Below the pieces are notes generated by a model. The model was not told the DNA's origin. It did no database searches and saw nothing but the letters and a program-made list of their open reading frames with translations. Below are positions 26,745 through 37,800 of a stretch of 38,431 nucleotides of DNA, piece after piece. How positions within the stretch are numbered: the first letter of the stretch is position 1; each line of letters starts with the position of its first letter. A program made the position numbers and the translations under genes. Source of the stretch: a virus; the IMG/VR virus record IMGVR_UViG_3300045988_147738, positions 1 to 38,431 of that record, one strand, 5' to 3'.

Positions 26745-27851
26745 ATGTTAGATAGAAACAATTTAGTTGCTTTAATGAAGACTGTTGCTAAGGCTGATCC
26801 TTCTTCTCCTGTGGCTTACAGTTATAATGGTCAGAACCTTTCTTATGAGGCTCTGAACGATACTTTACGTAATGAGATGAATGAGCTAGCTGGTACTAAT
26901 GCTCTATATCGTGAAAATAAAAATTTAATTTTCTCAATGATTGAGGAGACTTTGGATGAAGTTCTTCCTAAGAAGGTTTCTCAATCTTATGAGCAGTTTG
27001 CTGAAGTTAAGCAGTTTGCTCAGGGTGATAAACCCATTTTCCGTCGTCCTCTAAACACACGCGCACGTGCTAAGCAGTTTGTGACTCGTGTTGGACTGGC
27101 TGGTATCTATGAAGTCTTCAAGCTGGGACCTGCTGAGAGCGAGAGCTTTGAGGTCCGTACCTCTGCTATCGGTGGAGCTGCTCAAATCGGCTTCGAAGAG
27201 TTCTTAGATGGTCGTGTTGATTTTGCTGAAGTTACCAAGATTATTATGGATGGTATGGATGAACTGATTTACAAGGAAGTTGCTTTGGCTTTGAAGTCTT
27301 CTATTAATCAGCTACCTCCTGCTAACCGTGTTGCTGCAGCAGGTTTTGATGAAGGTGCTATGGATCGTTTGATTACCATTGCTTCTGCTTATGGTACTCC
27401 TACTATTTATTGTACTTATGAATTTGCTGTTCGTATGATTCCTAATGAAGCTTGGCGTTATACTGAAGCTATGAAGACTGAGCTGTGGAATACTGGTCGT
27501 TTGGCTACCTATAAGGGAACCAAGGTTGTTATTCTAGAACAGGGCTTCGAAGATGAAAGTAATACTCGTAAGGTTATTGATCCTGGCTACGCTTGGATTA
27601 TTCCTACTGGTGTTGATGGCAAGCCTGTAAAGATTGCTTTCGAGGGTGGAACTATTGTTGATGAATTCAGCAATTACGATCGTTCTCGTGAGATTCAGGT
27701 TTATAAGAAGGTCGGCGTTGGTTGTATGTTGGCTAACAACATTTGCTCTTATGTTGACACTTCCTTAATGGGTCAAATGTATACTTGGAATTATGATGGC
27801 ATTACTGGTAAGGTTGTTACCTATGATGGCCGTAAGAGTGGTACTATTTGA
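26745..27851 (+). CDS. putative major capsid protein (368 aa); no TAG
   Basis: Size and position after the protease-scaffold gene. AGGAGAG ribosome-binding site. Followed by a strong terminator. Confidence 0.5.
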   Translation: MLDRNNLVALMKTVAKADPSSPVAYSYNGQNLSYEALNDTLRNEMNELAGTNALYRENKNLIFSMIEETLDEVLPKKVSQSYEQFAEVKQFAQGDKPIFRRPLNTRARAKQFVTRVGLAGIYEVFKLGPAESESFEVRTSAIGGAAQIGFEEFLDGRVDFAEVTKIIMDGMDELIYKEVALALKSSINQLPPANRVAAAGFDEGAMDRLITIASAYGTPTIYCTYEFAVRMIPNEAWRYTEAMKTELWNTGRLATYKGTKVVILEQGFEDESNTRKVIDPGYAWIIPTGVDGKPVKIAFEGGTIVDEFSNYDRSREIQVYKKVGVGCMLANNICSYVDTSLMGQMYTWNYDGITGKVVTYDGRKSGTI

Positions 27852-27867
27852 TTAAAACCTTAATATA

Positions 27868-27918
27868 ACTATTGTTTAAGGGGAGAAGGGATTTACTCCC
27901 TCTCCCCTTATTTTTTTT
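27868..27918 (+). terminator. intrinsic terminator after the capsid gene
   Basis: AAGGGGAGAAGGGAtttaCTCCCTCTCCCCTT followed by TTTTTTTT. Confidence 0.7.
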
Positions 27919-27939
27919 AGAGAAAAAGGAGATAATAAA

Positions 27940-28527
27940 ATGATTCATTCTGAAGATATGTTTAATGTAAAAAATAGAAGTACTAGTGTTGTTGTATATA
28001 GAATTCCTGAGAGTAATTTGAGACGTGAGTGGACGCCTGGTGAAGTAAAGCGCATTCCATTTAGTGAATTAGAAAAATTGACTTATCAACCTGGTGGTCG
28101 TGAGTTAATTGCTAATTTTTTACAAATTATGGAAAATGAAGTTACTGATGATTTAAATGTCCATCGTGAACCTGAATATAATATGTCAGAAGAACAAGTG
28201 CGTGATTTAATTCTTAGTGGTTCTATTGATGCATTTTTAGATGCTCTTGATTTTGCTCCTATTGGAGTTATTGATTTGATTAAAACCATGTCTGTTCAAC
28301 TACCCATTACTGATATGGCTAAGCGTGAAGCTCTAAAAGCTAAAACTGGTTTTGATGTAGATAAGGCTATTGAAAATGACCGCGCTAGTAAAGAAGATGA
28401 TAAAAAGGAAACTATCGCAGATAAACCAGCTGAAAGACGTGTTACAGAATCTGCTCCCGCAGGACGTCGTACTTCTGGAAATGCTTACAAAGTAGTAAAG
28501 CAAACTGAAACTAAATCTGCTGAATAA
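27940..28527 (+). CDS. hypothetical head-associated protein (195 aa); no TAG
   Basis: Intact ORF with an AAGGAGA ribosome-binding site. Confidence 0.45.
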   Translation: MIHSEDMFNVKNRSTSVVVYRIPESNLRREWTPGEVKRIPFSELEKLTYQPGGRELIANFLQIMENEVTDDLNVHREPEYNMSEEQVRDLILSGSIDAFLDALDFAPIGVIDLIKTMSVQLPITDMAKREALKAKTGFDVDKAIENDRASKEDDKKETIADKPAERRVTESAPAGRRTSGNAYKVVKQTETKSAE

Positions 28528-28548
28528 TAAATAAATAGGAGGCGTATC

Positions 28549-29136
28549 ATGGGAACTAAATTCACTGATATTTATAATCGCTTCCTTGGGAAAATTACTG
28601 ATGACCTTTATATTGAATTAACTCCAGAAGATACAATTAAAGATTTACGTGCAATACTTTTAAATATTTTACCTGAATTTGAATTTCCTAGATTTGATAT
28701 TTATGATTATACTATTGATTAGGAAATTAAATATGAAGATGAAATATTAGAAGATGATTTTGTAATTGGTCTTTTGTGGGAAGATGAAATAGATGAAGAA
28801 TCAGAAATCCGCCCTCCTCGTGTAATGGTAGAGCATTCATCTTTTGGAGCTGAATTAACACCGGAGGAAATTAATATTTTAGCTATATTGATGATGGTGA
28901 ATTGGGTACAACGCCAAGTCACTTCTATTGAACACACTCGTATGAAATATAGTGGTTCAGATTTTAAAATGACTTCATAGGCTAATCATTTACAAAAATT
29001 GATGTCTTTATTAAGTGAATGTTAGAGACAATCATTCCATATGCAACGTTTATATAAACGTCGTAAATTAGTAGAAGGGAAATATGAATCCAATTGGGGC
29101 GTATTTCATTATAAGAATTATCCTTATGATAACTAA
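28549..29136 (+). CDS. putative head-tail connector (gp6-like) protein (about 195 aa); 3 in-frame TAG
   Basis: ATG at 28549 with an AGGAGG ribosome-binding site. Track ORF 28774-28980 lies in the same frame. TAA at 29134. Confidence 0.4.
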
Positions 29137-29425
29137 ATATCATACAGATATTTCTGATGAAGTCATGGAGAAAAATATAGTAAGATTAACTAATCAACTG
29201 TGGAAATTAATCCCTATGAGAGAAAATGAAGAAGATTGGGATAAACAATTAAATACAGTTATTATTGAAATTGCGGGCTTAAATGAAATTTTTATTTAGG
29301 ACCCGCGATTTTTATAGTTGCTTAGTAAATTAGAAGGGCTAAATGTTTTAAATGATATTGAGTTCTCAATTTATAGAAAAACTGTATTTGAATGTATTAG
29401 TTTATTATAGGAGATTAAAAAGTAA
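29084..29425 (+). CDS. hypothetical protein (about 113 aa) overlapping the previous gene; 3 in-frame TAG
   Basis: Track ORF 29084-29299 extends to the TAA at 29423 when TAG is read through. An alternative start ATG lies at 29126. Confidence 0.35.
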
Positions 29426-30579
29426 TGCCAAAACGTCCAGAAAAGATGGAAAAATTATTGCCTTATGGTTTAAATACTAATAAAAGTGTAAATCTTGTAG
29501 GGGCTCGTTTAGGTGATACAAGTATAAAAATTCCTTAGCCAGATTCAGTTGATGGTAGTTTAGATATGGCTAAAAGATTAATGAGTGCGGGTGGTTTTGC
29601 CCAACAGTAGCGAATGATCAAAGATAAACGACATTCGTTAGATCAAGCCACTAAGTATTCTTATTAGGCGGCTTGGGTGCGTAAATGTGCGGCTACAGAG
29701 GTAGAAACTAAAAAAGAAAAAAATATTTTACCTCCTGTTCGAGCATTAATGAATCCTAATAAATTAAAATAGGATTATGATGATAAAGTTATTTCAATTG
29801 GATTTGAACATAAATTTAATTGTGGAGATGTATTTGAATGGTGTAATACTGGAACTTATTGGTTAATTTATTTATAGGATTTAGATGAATTAGCTTATTT
29901 CCGTGGGGACGTTCGTAGATGTACTTATCAAATTCCATTTATGATGGATGATGAATTAAATGTAGTTTATGTGGCTAATCGAGGTCCAGTAGAAACTAAA
30001 ATTGATTATATTCAAAAACATACTACTAGTGTAGATAATCCAAATTATTCTTTAAATTTATTAATTCCTAAAAATGAAAAAACTTTGAAATTTTTTAAAC
30101 GGTATTAGAAGTTTTATATTTGGCCGGAAGACGGTTCAGTTTATGATACTTGCTGGAGAGTTGAAGCTGTAAATAATATTAGTATGACTGGCGTTATTGA
30201 AGTAAATGCTGTTGAATATTATGCTAATGAATTTACAGATGATCGAGATGCAGGATTAGCTGATGTATTTAAAATACCAGATCCAATATTAAAACGTAAA
30301 ATTATAGATGATAATAAAGATAATAATAAAATTTTAAATATAGTTGGTGAAACCTTTATTAAGCCTAAAAAAGAATATGATTTTAATTTAAATATTAAAA
30401 ATGTTCGAGGAACTTGGAAAATTGAAGGCAATGATGTCCCTATTCGAATTATTAGTGAAGGGACTAATGATAAAGGATTTTCAACAATTAGACTTAAATG
30501 GGACTCTACTTATAGTGGTTAGTTTGATTTAGTATATGGAACTAGTCGAAAAACTATAGTAGTAGAATCATTGTTCTAA
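29425..30579 (+). CDS. structural protein (about 384 aa); 7 in-frame TAG
   Basis: ATG overlaps the upstream stop (taATGcca). Frame verified codon by codon through to track ORF 30184-30522. TAA at 30577. Confidence 0.45.
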
Positions 30580-30601
30580 TGAGTAAAAGGAGATTGAAAA
30601 C

Positions 30602-31204
30602 ATGAGAATAGACGGATATCATATTCCAAAATCAAGTTTTCTATCTATGGAAAAAGATACTGGGATTATTATTAATGAAATATTAAAAAATAATCGTTTA
30701 AAAAAATTATTATATTATACTACTAGTGATGCTATGGAAAAACCTAATCTTACTGAAGATTAGTCTTTAAGTTTACTAGGAACTAATATTAAAATAGTGC
30801 CTAAATTATATGTTGATGGTTCTGTTTTAAATTATGTATTAATTAATTTCGATAATTTTACTCCCAGTGAAAATCCAGAGTTTAGAGATAATACTATTCA
30901 ATTTGATATTGTATGTCATTTTGACCAATGGAATTTAAGAGATTATGCATTACGCCCATATAAGATTGCCGGAGAAATTGATTCAATGTTTAATTTGAAA
31001 AAATTAACTGGTATTGGTTATTTAGAATTTATGGGTGCTACTTAGATTGTCTTAACTGATGAATTTGCTGGGTTATGTTTGATGTATCGCACTGTCCATG
31101 GCGGCGAAGATGAAAAATATATGCCAACTTATCCTGATAAAAATAGCGGCAAAATTAAAGAGGAACAATTTATTAAAGAATTTAAGGATTACATTAGTAA
31201 ATAA
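30602..31204 (+). CDS. putative neck or tail-completion protein (about 200 aa); 2 in-frame TAG
   Basis: AAAGGAGA ribosome-binding site. Track ORF 30797-31045 lies in frame. Confidence 0.4.
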
Positions 31205-31932
31205 TGGATTACCGCTTAAATTTAATTTGCGGAACTGATATGTTGATTCCTGAATGTAATTTAGTCGCTCATCAACCAAGGATAAAAGAAATTTCATTTA
31301 TTGGGGAATCTGATTTTTTTATTGGAGCATAGACCCTCTGTTTACATAAAACAATGTTTATAGAGGACAAAACTATTCTAGACAGTATCAATAATTTTTA
31401 GATATTTATGACGATAATGTTATAGGATGAAACAAAGGATAAAAAAGCTAACATTTTAAATGTTTTAAATTTATTATTTCCATCATATAAAATAAATGTG
31501 ACACCAAACTCATTATTATTTATAAAGGAAGGTGTTCCTCCTATTACTGTAGATGGAAATAATTTTGAAGCATTACAAGAAGTGTTGCGTTTAATCTTTT
31601 GTATGCACAATGGCCCGATGGATTAGTAGGCTTTCAATCCTGCCAACGATAAGGCTCGTGAGATTGCTCAAAAGCTAATGCGAGGGAGACAGCGAGTTGC
31701 CGCCCAAAATGGTAATTCGAATGTAAGTGTTTTTAGTTAGTATATGTCAATCTTGACTATTGGATTAGGTTCAATGTCATTATAGGATTTGACAAATCTG
31801 ACAATGTTCCAATTATATGATTTAATGGAGAGATATACGCTATATACTGCTTGGGACCTGGATGTGCGCTAGCGTTTAGCTGGCGGTAAACCTGAAGGGA
31901 CCCCGGATAATTGGATGAAAAACATTCATTAA
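31204..31932 (+). CDS. hypothetical structural protein (about 242 aa); 8 in-frame TAG including a TAG-TAG doublet
   Basis: Start overlaps the upstream stop (TAATGG). Frame verified line by line with no TAA or TGA. Invisible in the standard-code track. Confidence 0.4.
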
Positions 31933-31959
31933 TTAAAAATACAAGGAGGAAATAACACT

Positions 31960-33039
31960 ATGAAATTCGGTGTCCGCGAAATTTGTGATGTTGTATTAAA
32001 GGCTAAGTCAGCACAGAAAATTGGTAATAAGATATTCTATGCTGGTGAACCTGTTATTTATTTTGACACCCTAAAAACTTCTAGTTTAGAAGGTGCTGCT
32101 ACCACTGTATATGCACAAGGTGGTCGTGGTAACTCTCGTTTGGTAGCATGGGAAGGTGAAAGAACTCTAACCTTCACTATGGAGGATGCTTTAATTTCTC
32201 CTGAAGGATTTATGATTCTTTCCGGTGCTGGCCTAATTGCTGCTAATGCAGATAAGCCAATTTATCAGCATATGACTGAAACTGTTGATGCTAGCGATTC
32301 TTTACGTTTTAAGTTTGATGCTGCTGGATTTAAGTTCGCTGTTTATACTGAAAATAAGCCTTATCTACCTGCTAATGCTGGTGATAACTTCGCTTATGTA
32401 ATGTTTATGAAGAATGGTGAAATTACTACTGAGCCTTATATTCCTGTTCATGAGGGTGATGATACAACTATTGATAATGAGGCTATGCCTGAGACTGTAA
32501 CTGATGTAGATGGTAAAACTTATTATCGTGTAGCTGTTATGGATCATAAAATGTATGTTGGTTTGGCTTCTTACGAGGATGAGCAAAATGGGGGCCATAA
32601 GTATACTCCAGAAAGTGGAGATAATACTGCTTATGATGTAGTTACTCTACCAAATCGTCTAAAGTTCGATTCTGTGTTAGTTGATTATTACACTGAGCGT
32701 AAGTCTGGCGCTACTCAGATGGAAATTACTGCTGATAAGTTTGGTGGTAACTATTATCTTGAGGCTTCTACTCTATTCCGTGATACTAATGGTGTAGATA
32801 TGCCTGCTGAGTTTATTATTCCTAACTGCAAGATTCAGTCTAACTTCACCTTTACTATGGCTTCTTCTGGTGATCCAAGTACATTTACTTTCACCTTAGA
32901 CGCATTCCCTGATTATACTCGTTTCGATCATAGTAAGAAAGTTCTGGCTGCAATTCAAGTAATTGAATATCTGGATAATGAGGATTTACATCGTCATAGC
33001 ACAGTTCACCAGAAATCTCACGATAGTTATAATTGGTAA
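31960..33039 (+). CDS. putative major tail protein (359 aa); no TAG
   Basis: Intact ORF with an AAGGAGG ribosome-binding site, followed by a terminator. Its position before the chaperone and tape-measure genes matches a siphovirus tail module. Confidence 0.45.
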   Translation: MKFGVREICDVVLKAKSAQKIGNKIFYAGEPVIYFDTLKTSSLEGAATTVYAQGGRGNSRLVAWEGERTLTFTMEDALISPEGFMILSGAGLIAANADKPIYQHMTETVDASDSLRFKFDAAGFKFAVYTENKPYLPANAGDNFAYVMFMKNGEITTEPYIPVHEGDDTTIDNEAMPETVTDVDGKTYYRVAVMDHKMYVGLASYEDEQNGGHKYTPESGDNTAYDVVTLPNRLKFDSVLVDYYTERKSGATQMEITADKFGGNYYLEASTLFRDTNGVDMPAEFIIPNCKIQSNFTFTMASSGDPSTFTFTLDAFPDYTRFDHSKKVLAAIQVIEYLDNEDLHRHSTVHQKSHDSYNW

Positions 33040-33057
33040 TTTAATTAAAAATTTTAT

Positions 33058-33095
33058 GGGGAGAGGATTTATTCCTCTTCCCATTTTTTTATTTT
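33058..33095 (+). terminator. intrinsic terminator
   Basis: GGGGAGAGGAtttaTTCCTCTTCCC followed by ATTTTTTTATTTT. Confidence 0.65.
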
Positions 33096-33107
33096 AGGAG
33101 AAAAAGA

Positions 33108-34199
33108 ATGGTTAATCAAGAAGGTATAGTTTTTGGAGGATATTTTTTATATAAAGAAGAATTTAAAAAGATCTTTCAAGAATTTTGGAATAGTGAATTA
33201 AAAAATATTTTTATTGAAAAAATATAGACTATAATTAAAAATTATTTAACTGAGGTAAATGGTAATATATTAGCAGTAAAAAATCCAAAAGCATTATATA
33301 ATTCTTGGGAATAGATTAATACTGAAGTATTTGGAAATACTCCAGTTTCTTTATTAGGTATTTTAAAATGGGATAAAAAATATCATTATACTTTTGTTAA
33401 TAAAGAATCTGATTTAATAAATAGCTATACTTCTCAGAAAATACAAGTTAATAAGACATTAATAGAAAAATATCGAACAACTTTAAATACAATATATTAG
33501 AGTGATATTGAAATGGCTTTAGAAGCACATTTTAATGATATGAAAAAATCAATTGATAAAGTAAAATTAACTAAGGTGGAAGGGCATGACGTACATTTAA
33601 CTTTAGGTAAATATTATAAAAATACAGAATGGTATAAACGAATTCAAGATACACATATGACTAATAAGAGTTTATCTGAAATATTTTATAAGAAAAATAA
33701 AGTAGCTGCTCAAGGATAGATGTATGATGCTTTTATTAATCATATTAGTCGAAAACATGTGGAATATTTAAGAGCTTTAAATAATTTAGACAGTCCAATA
33801 GAACTTTCTCCATTTGACAAATCAGTTTATAATGAAGAAGGACGATGGAATTTTATCCAATTAGTTATGGACTCTTTGAATTCAACGGCTTGGTATCGCG
33901 GAGGTGATGCTATTGCGGCGGATAGCAGAACTCGTCAAGTATTATTTAATATTTAGGTAAAATCAGGTAAAAAAGGACGTAGTTGGGATATTGCTAGTAT
34001 TTAGTTTTTAACCTTTATTAATAATTTAAATTCCTATTTAAATAAAACGGGAGAGGAAATAGCTGTTTTTTTATATGAAAATTTAAAAATTACTATGGCG
34101 ACATCTGTTGATAGTAAAAAAATTGATAAAGATTTAGAAAAAGAAATTTTAGATAATGTAAGAAAAAATTTAAAATTATCTGGGTTGACAATAAACTAA
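33108..34199 (+). CDS. hypothetical protein (about 363 aa); 6 in-frame TAG
   Basis: Track ORFs 33513-33719 and 33720-33956 are joined in frame. Frame verified with no TAA or TGA until 34197. Confidence 0.45.
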
Positions 34200-34242
34200 A
34201 TTTTTAGTATAATATAAATAAGTGTAAAAGGAGGATTTTGAA

Positions 34243-34767
34243 ATGGCAAAAGTAACATTTTCAAAGTTAAGTTTAAGTAAAAATACAGAAGTATCAACCT
34301 TTGAATGGGGAGACTAGATTATTGAAGTCAAAGATTATCTTCCTATTGGAGATAAGTTAAATCTTATTTCAGAAATTATTAATGATTCCATTGATAAAAA
34401 CGGTTATTATAACCCTGCCCGTGTATATCTTCATACTATTTTAAAAATGATTATGGCATATACAAATATAAGTTTTACTGACAAGCAAAAAGAAGACCCA
34501 AAGAAATTATATGATTTAGTAGTAGGTTCTGGTTTTTCCGCTAAGGTATTTGGAGAAATTAATCCAGGAGAATATGCACAAATTAAAAGTTGGGTAGCAG
34601 AAACTATTCATTCAATTTATGAGTATAAAAATTCTGCGGCGGGTATTTTAGATATTATTTCAACCGATTATAAAGATACAACATTTGATATGGAACAATT
34701 AACTAATGATATTCAGAATCCTGAAACATTAGGATTACTAAAAGATGTTTTGACCAAGTTGGGATAA
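34243..34767 (+). CDS. putative tail assembly chaperone (about 174 aa); 1 in-frame TAG
   Basis: AAAGGAGG ribosome-binding site. Lies immediately upstream of the tape-measure gene. Track ORF 34447-34767 is in frame. Confidence 0.4.
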
Positions 34768-34814
34768 TTAAACTATTTAATTTTTTAAAATTAAATAGGA
34801 ATAATCAAGTGTAT

Positions 34815-34853
34815 GGGTGTGAGAAGATTATTTCTCACACCCATTTTTTTTGT
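34815..34853 (+). terminator. intrinsic terminator or attenuator before the tape-measure gene
   Basis: GGGTGTGAGAAgattatTTCTCACACCC followed by ATTTTTTTT. Confidence 0.6.
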
Positions 34854-34882
34854 TTATATTATGAGAGAAAGGAGTCCCGTTT

Positions 34883-37800
34883 ATGGCAAAACAATTAAAT
34901 GTTGCATTAGATTTTACTGCGAATACTACTCAAGCGAAATAGCAGATTTAGGAATTGCAGTAGTTATTAACTAAAGTAGCATATAGTACTGATTTAGGTA
35001 TTGATCCCAGTCAAATGAAAGCAGCTTCTGCTGCGGCTAAAGAGCTAGCTATTCATTTAAATGAAGCATATAATTAGAAAACTGGTAATTATGATTTAAG
35101 TAAATTAAATGCTAGTTTAGCTAAATCAAAAACTAATGTGACTGAATTATCTACCAGTTTACTTCAAGCGGGAACAACTGGACAACAAGCATTTATAAAA
35201 TTAGCTCAATCAATAGCGGCGGCTGATTAGCCAATGATTACATTAAATGCTCGTTTACAAGATTTTTTAACTACTGTTAAAAATACAGTTAAATGGCAAA
35301 TTTCTTCAAGTATGATTCATGGTGTAATGGGGGCTTTGCAAGGAGCTTATCATTACGCTTAGAATTTAAATAGTTCATTAAATGATATCCGAATTGTTAC
35401 TGGTCATAATATTGACTATATGGATAAATTTGCTGATAGAGCAAATAAAGCAGCAAAGGCATTAAGCACTTCTACATTAAATTATACTGATGCTTCTTTG
35501 ATTTACTATCAACAGGGTTTATCAGATAAAGAAGTAGAAGATAGAACTGCGGTCACAATTAAAATGGCTAATGCTGCTGGCGAAAGCGCAGATAAGATAT
35601 CAGATCAATTAACTGCTGTCTGGAATAACTTCTATGATGGATCATAGTCATTAGAATATTATGCTGATGTTATGACTGCATTAGGTGCAGCTACTGCATC
35701 AAGCACAGATGAAATTGCGGCTGGATTAGAAAAATTCGCGGCTGTGTCTAATACAGTAGGTTTAAGTTATGAGTACGCTACTTCTGCTTTAGCAACTGTT
35801 ACTGCAACAACTCGTCAATCTGCTGATGTAGTTGGTACTGCATTTAAAACATTATTTGCTCGTATTCAAGATTTAGAGTTAGGTAAAACTCTTGATGATG
35901 GTACTACATTAGGCAAATATTCTCAAGCTCTTGAAACTGTTGGTGTTTCTATTAAAACAGCAGACGGCGAGTTGCGAGAGATGGATGATATTCTTGATGA
36001 TTTAGGTGAAAAATGGAATTCATTTGACGCTGAAGGGAATCCATTAATTTCTAAAGATGCTAAAGTGGCATTAGCTCAAACTGTTGCTGGTGTTCGTCAA
36101 TATACACAATTAATGGCATTAATGGATAAATGGGATTTTATGAAAGAAAATCTCGAAACTGCTCGTAATGCTACTGGAACATTAACTGAACAATAGAAAA
36201 TTTATGAAGAATCTTGGGAAGCCGCTAATAAGCGTTTACAAGCTTCATTCCAAGCTTTATACACCGATTTAATTGATGATAAATTTTTTATTAAATTTAC
36301 AGATTTTTTATCTGATATGGTTGATGGTGTTGATTCTTTTATTGATAAAATTGGTGGAATTAAACCTTTATTATTAGGATTTTTATCATTAATTGGTTAG
36401 ACATTAAGCTCTAAAATTTAGCCGGCTTTAGATAATGTAATAAATAATATTCAAATTTTAGTAGGTGGAGCAGATAAAGTTTATGCTAAAATATCTAAAG
36501 AAACTTCTGATAATATCAAACTATAGTTAGAAGCAAGAACTAATTTTACTCCAGCTCAAGAGTAGGAATTAAAAAATTCTTAGGAATTATTAGGAGTAAA
36601 AAATAAATTAGCAACAGTGTCTGAAAATTTATCTGTTAGTGAAAAAAGATATTATGAAAATGAAATTCAATTTATTGAAAAACAATAGTAGGAAACAGTA
36701 AAATTAATTAAATTACGAGAACAATTAAATAAAGATACTAATCCTATTGATTTAAATGCTCCTAATCAAATTTATGATTATGGTACTAGTTATTTACAAA
36801 AATTAAAAGCTAATAAAGATAAAGCTTAGTAGTCATATCGTAATAATCCATCTGAAAGTAATTAGGCAGATTTAGTTGCTGCTAGAAATGATTTAGTTTT
36901 TTTCTAGAATGATAAATTAGATGTTCAGGAATAGGCAGCGTCTCAATTAGCACAAACAGTTGAAAAATTAACAAATGCTTATAAAACTTTTATTGAAGTT
37001 GGGCATGAAACAAATGAAACTTTATTATCAGGAAATGATTTATACTCTTTAACAATTGAAGGACTTAAAAAATTAGGGACTCAGTATACTAAATTAAATG
37101 GTGAAATTGATTTTGAAACGGTTCGAACTTCTATTGATATGCTTATTGGTCCAGTAGATGAAGTAACAAAATCTTCAAAAGATTTTCAAAATGCTTTAGA
37201 AGCTATTGAAAGTGCATTAGATGGAGGAAAGCCAAAAGAAGTAAGTTAGGCTTTTAAATAGTTGGCAGAAGTTCTAAAAAATACTACTGTTGAAGGAAAA
37301 AATGCGGCTAATGCTTTAGAACAAATGGGTCGTTCAACAAGTAAATCAATGAAATAGGCTAAAGGTGATATTTAGGCGCATGGTAAAGCATTAAAATAGT
37401 GGGGATAGGCTACTAAAGAAGCAAAAGAGGCACAAGAAGGACTCAATCAAGCAGTTATTAATTTTAAACCAGTTCATAAAATACCTTTTACTTAGAGTTT
37501 AATATCATTGGCTTCTGCTTGTGGTTCTGCCGCGATGACATTGCAATCATTTAATTCTATGATGCAAACATTATCTGATCCTGATATTTCTGAATGGGAA
37601 AAATTTACATCTGTTTTATTTAGTATTTCTATGATTGTTCCTGGGGTGTCTAGTGTTTTACGAGGATTAGGTACTGCTAATGCCTTTTTACAACAATAGT
37701 CTTAGAAACAATTTCTTACACTTTCTTTAGAAAATGTAGCGATAGAGGCTAATACAATAATATTAACTCAGAATCAAAAAAAGAAAATAGATAATATATT

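Noticed and set aside
29084-29136. Alternative start ATG at 29126 for gene 29084-29425
   Set aside because: Both starts are possible. The ATG at 29084 was kept because of its better GAAGGGAAAT ribosome-binding site, and it stays unresolved.
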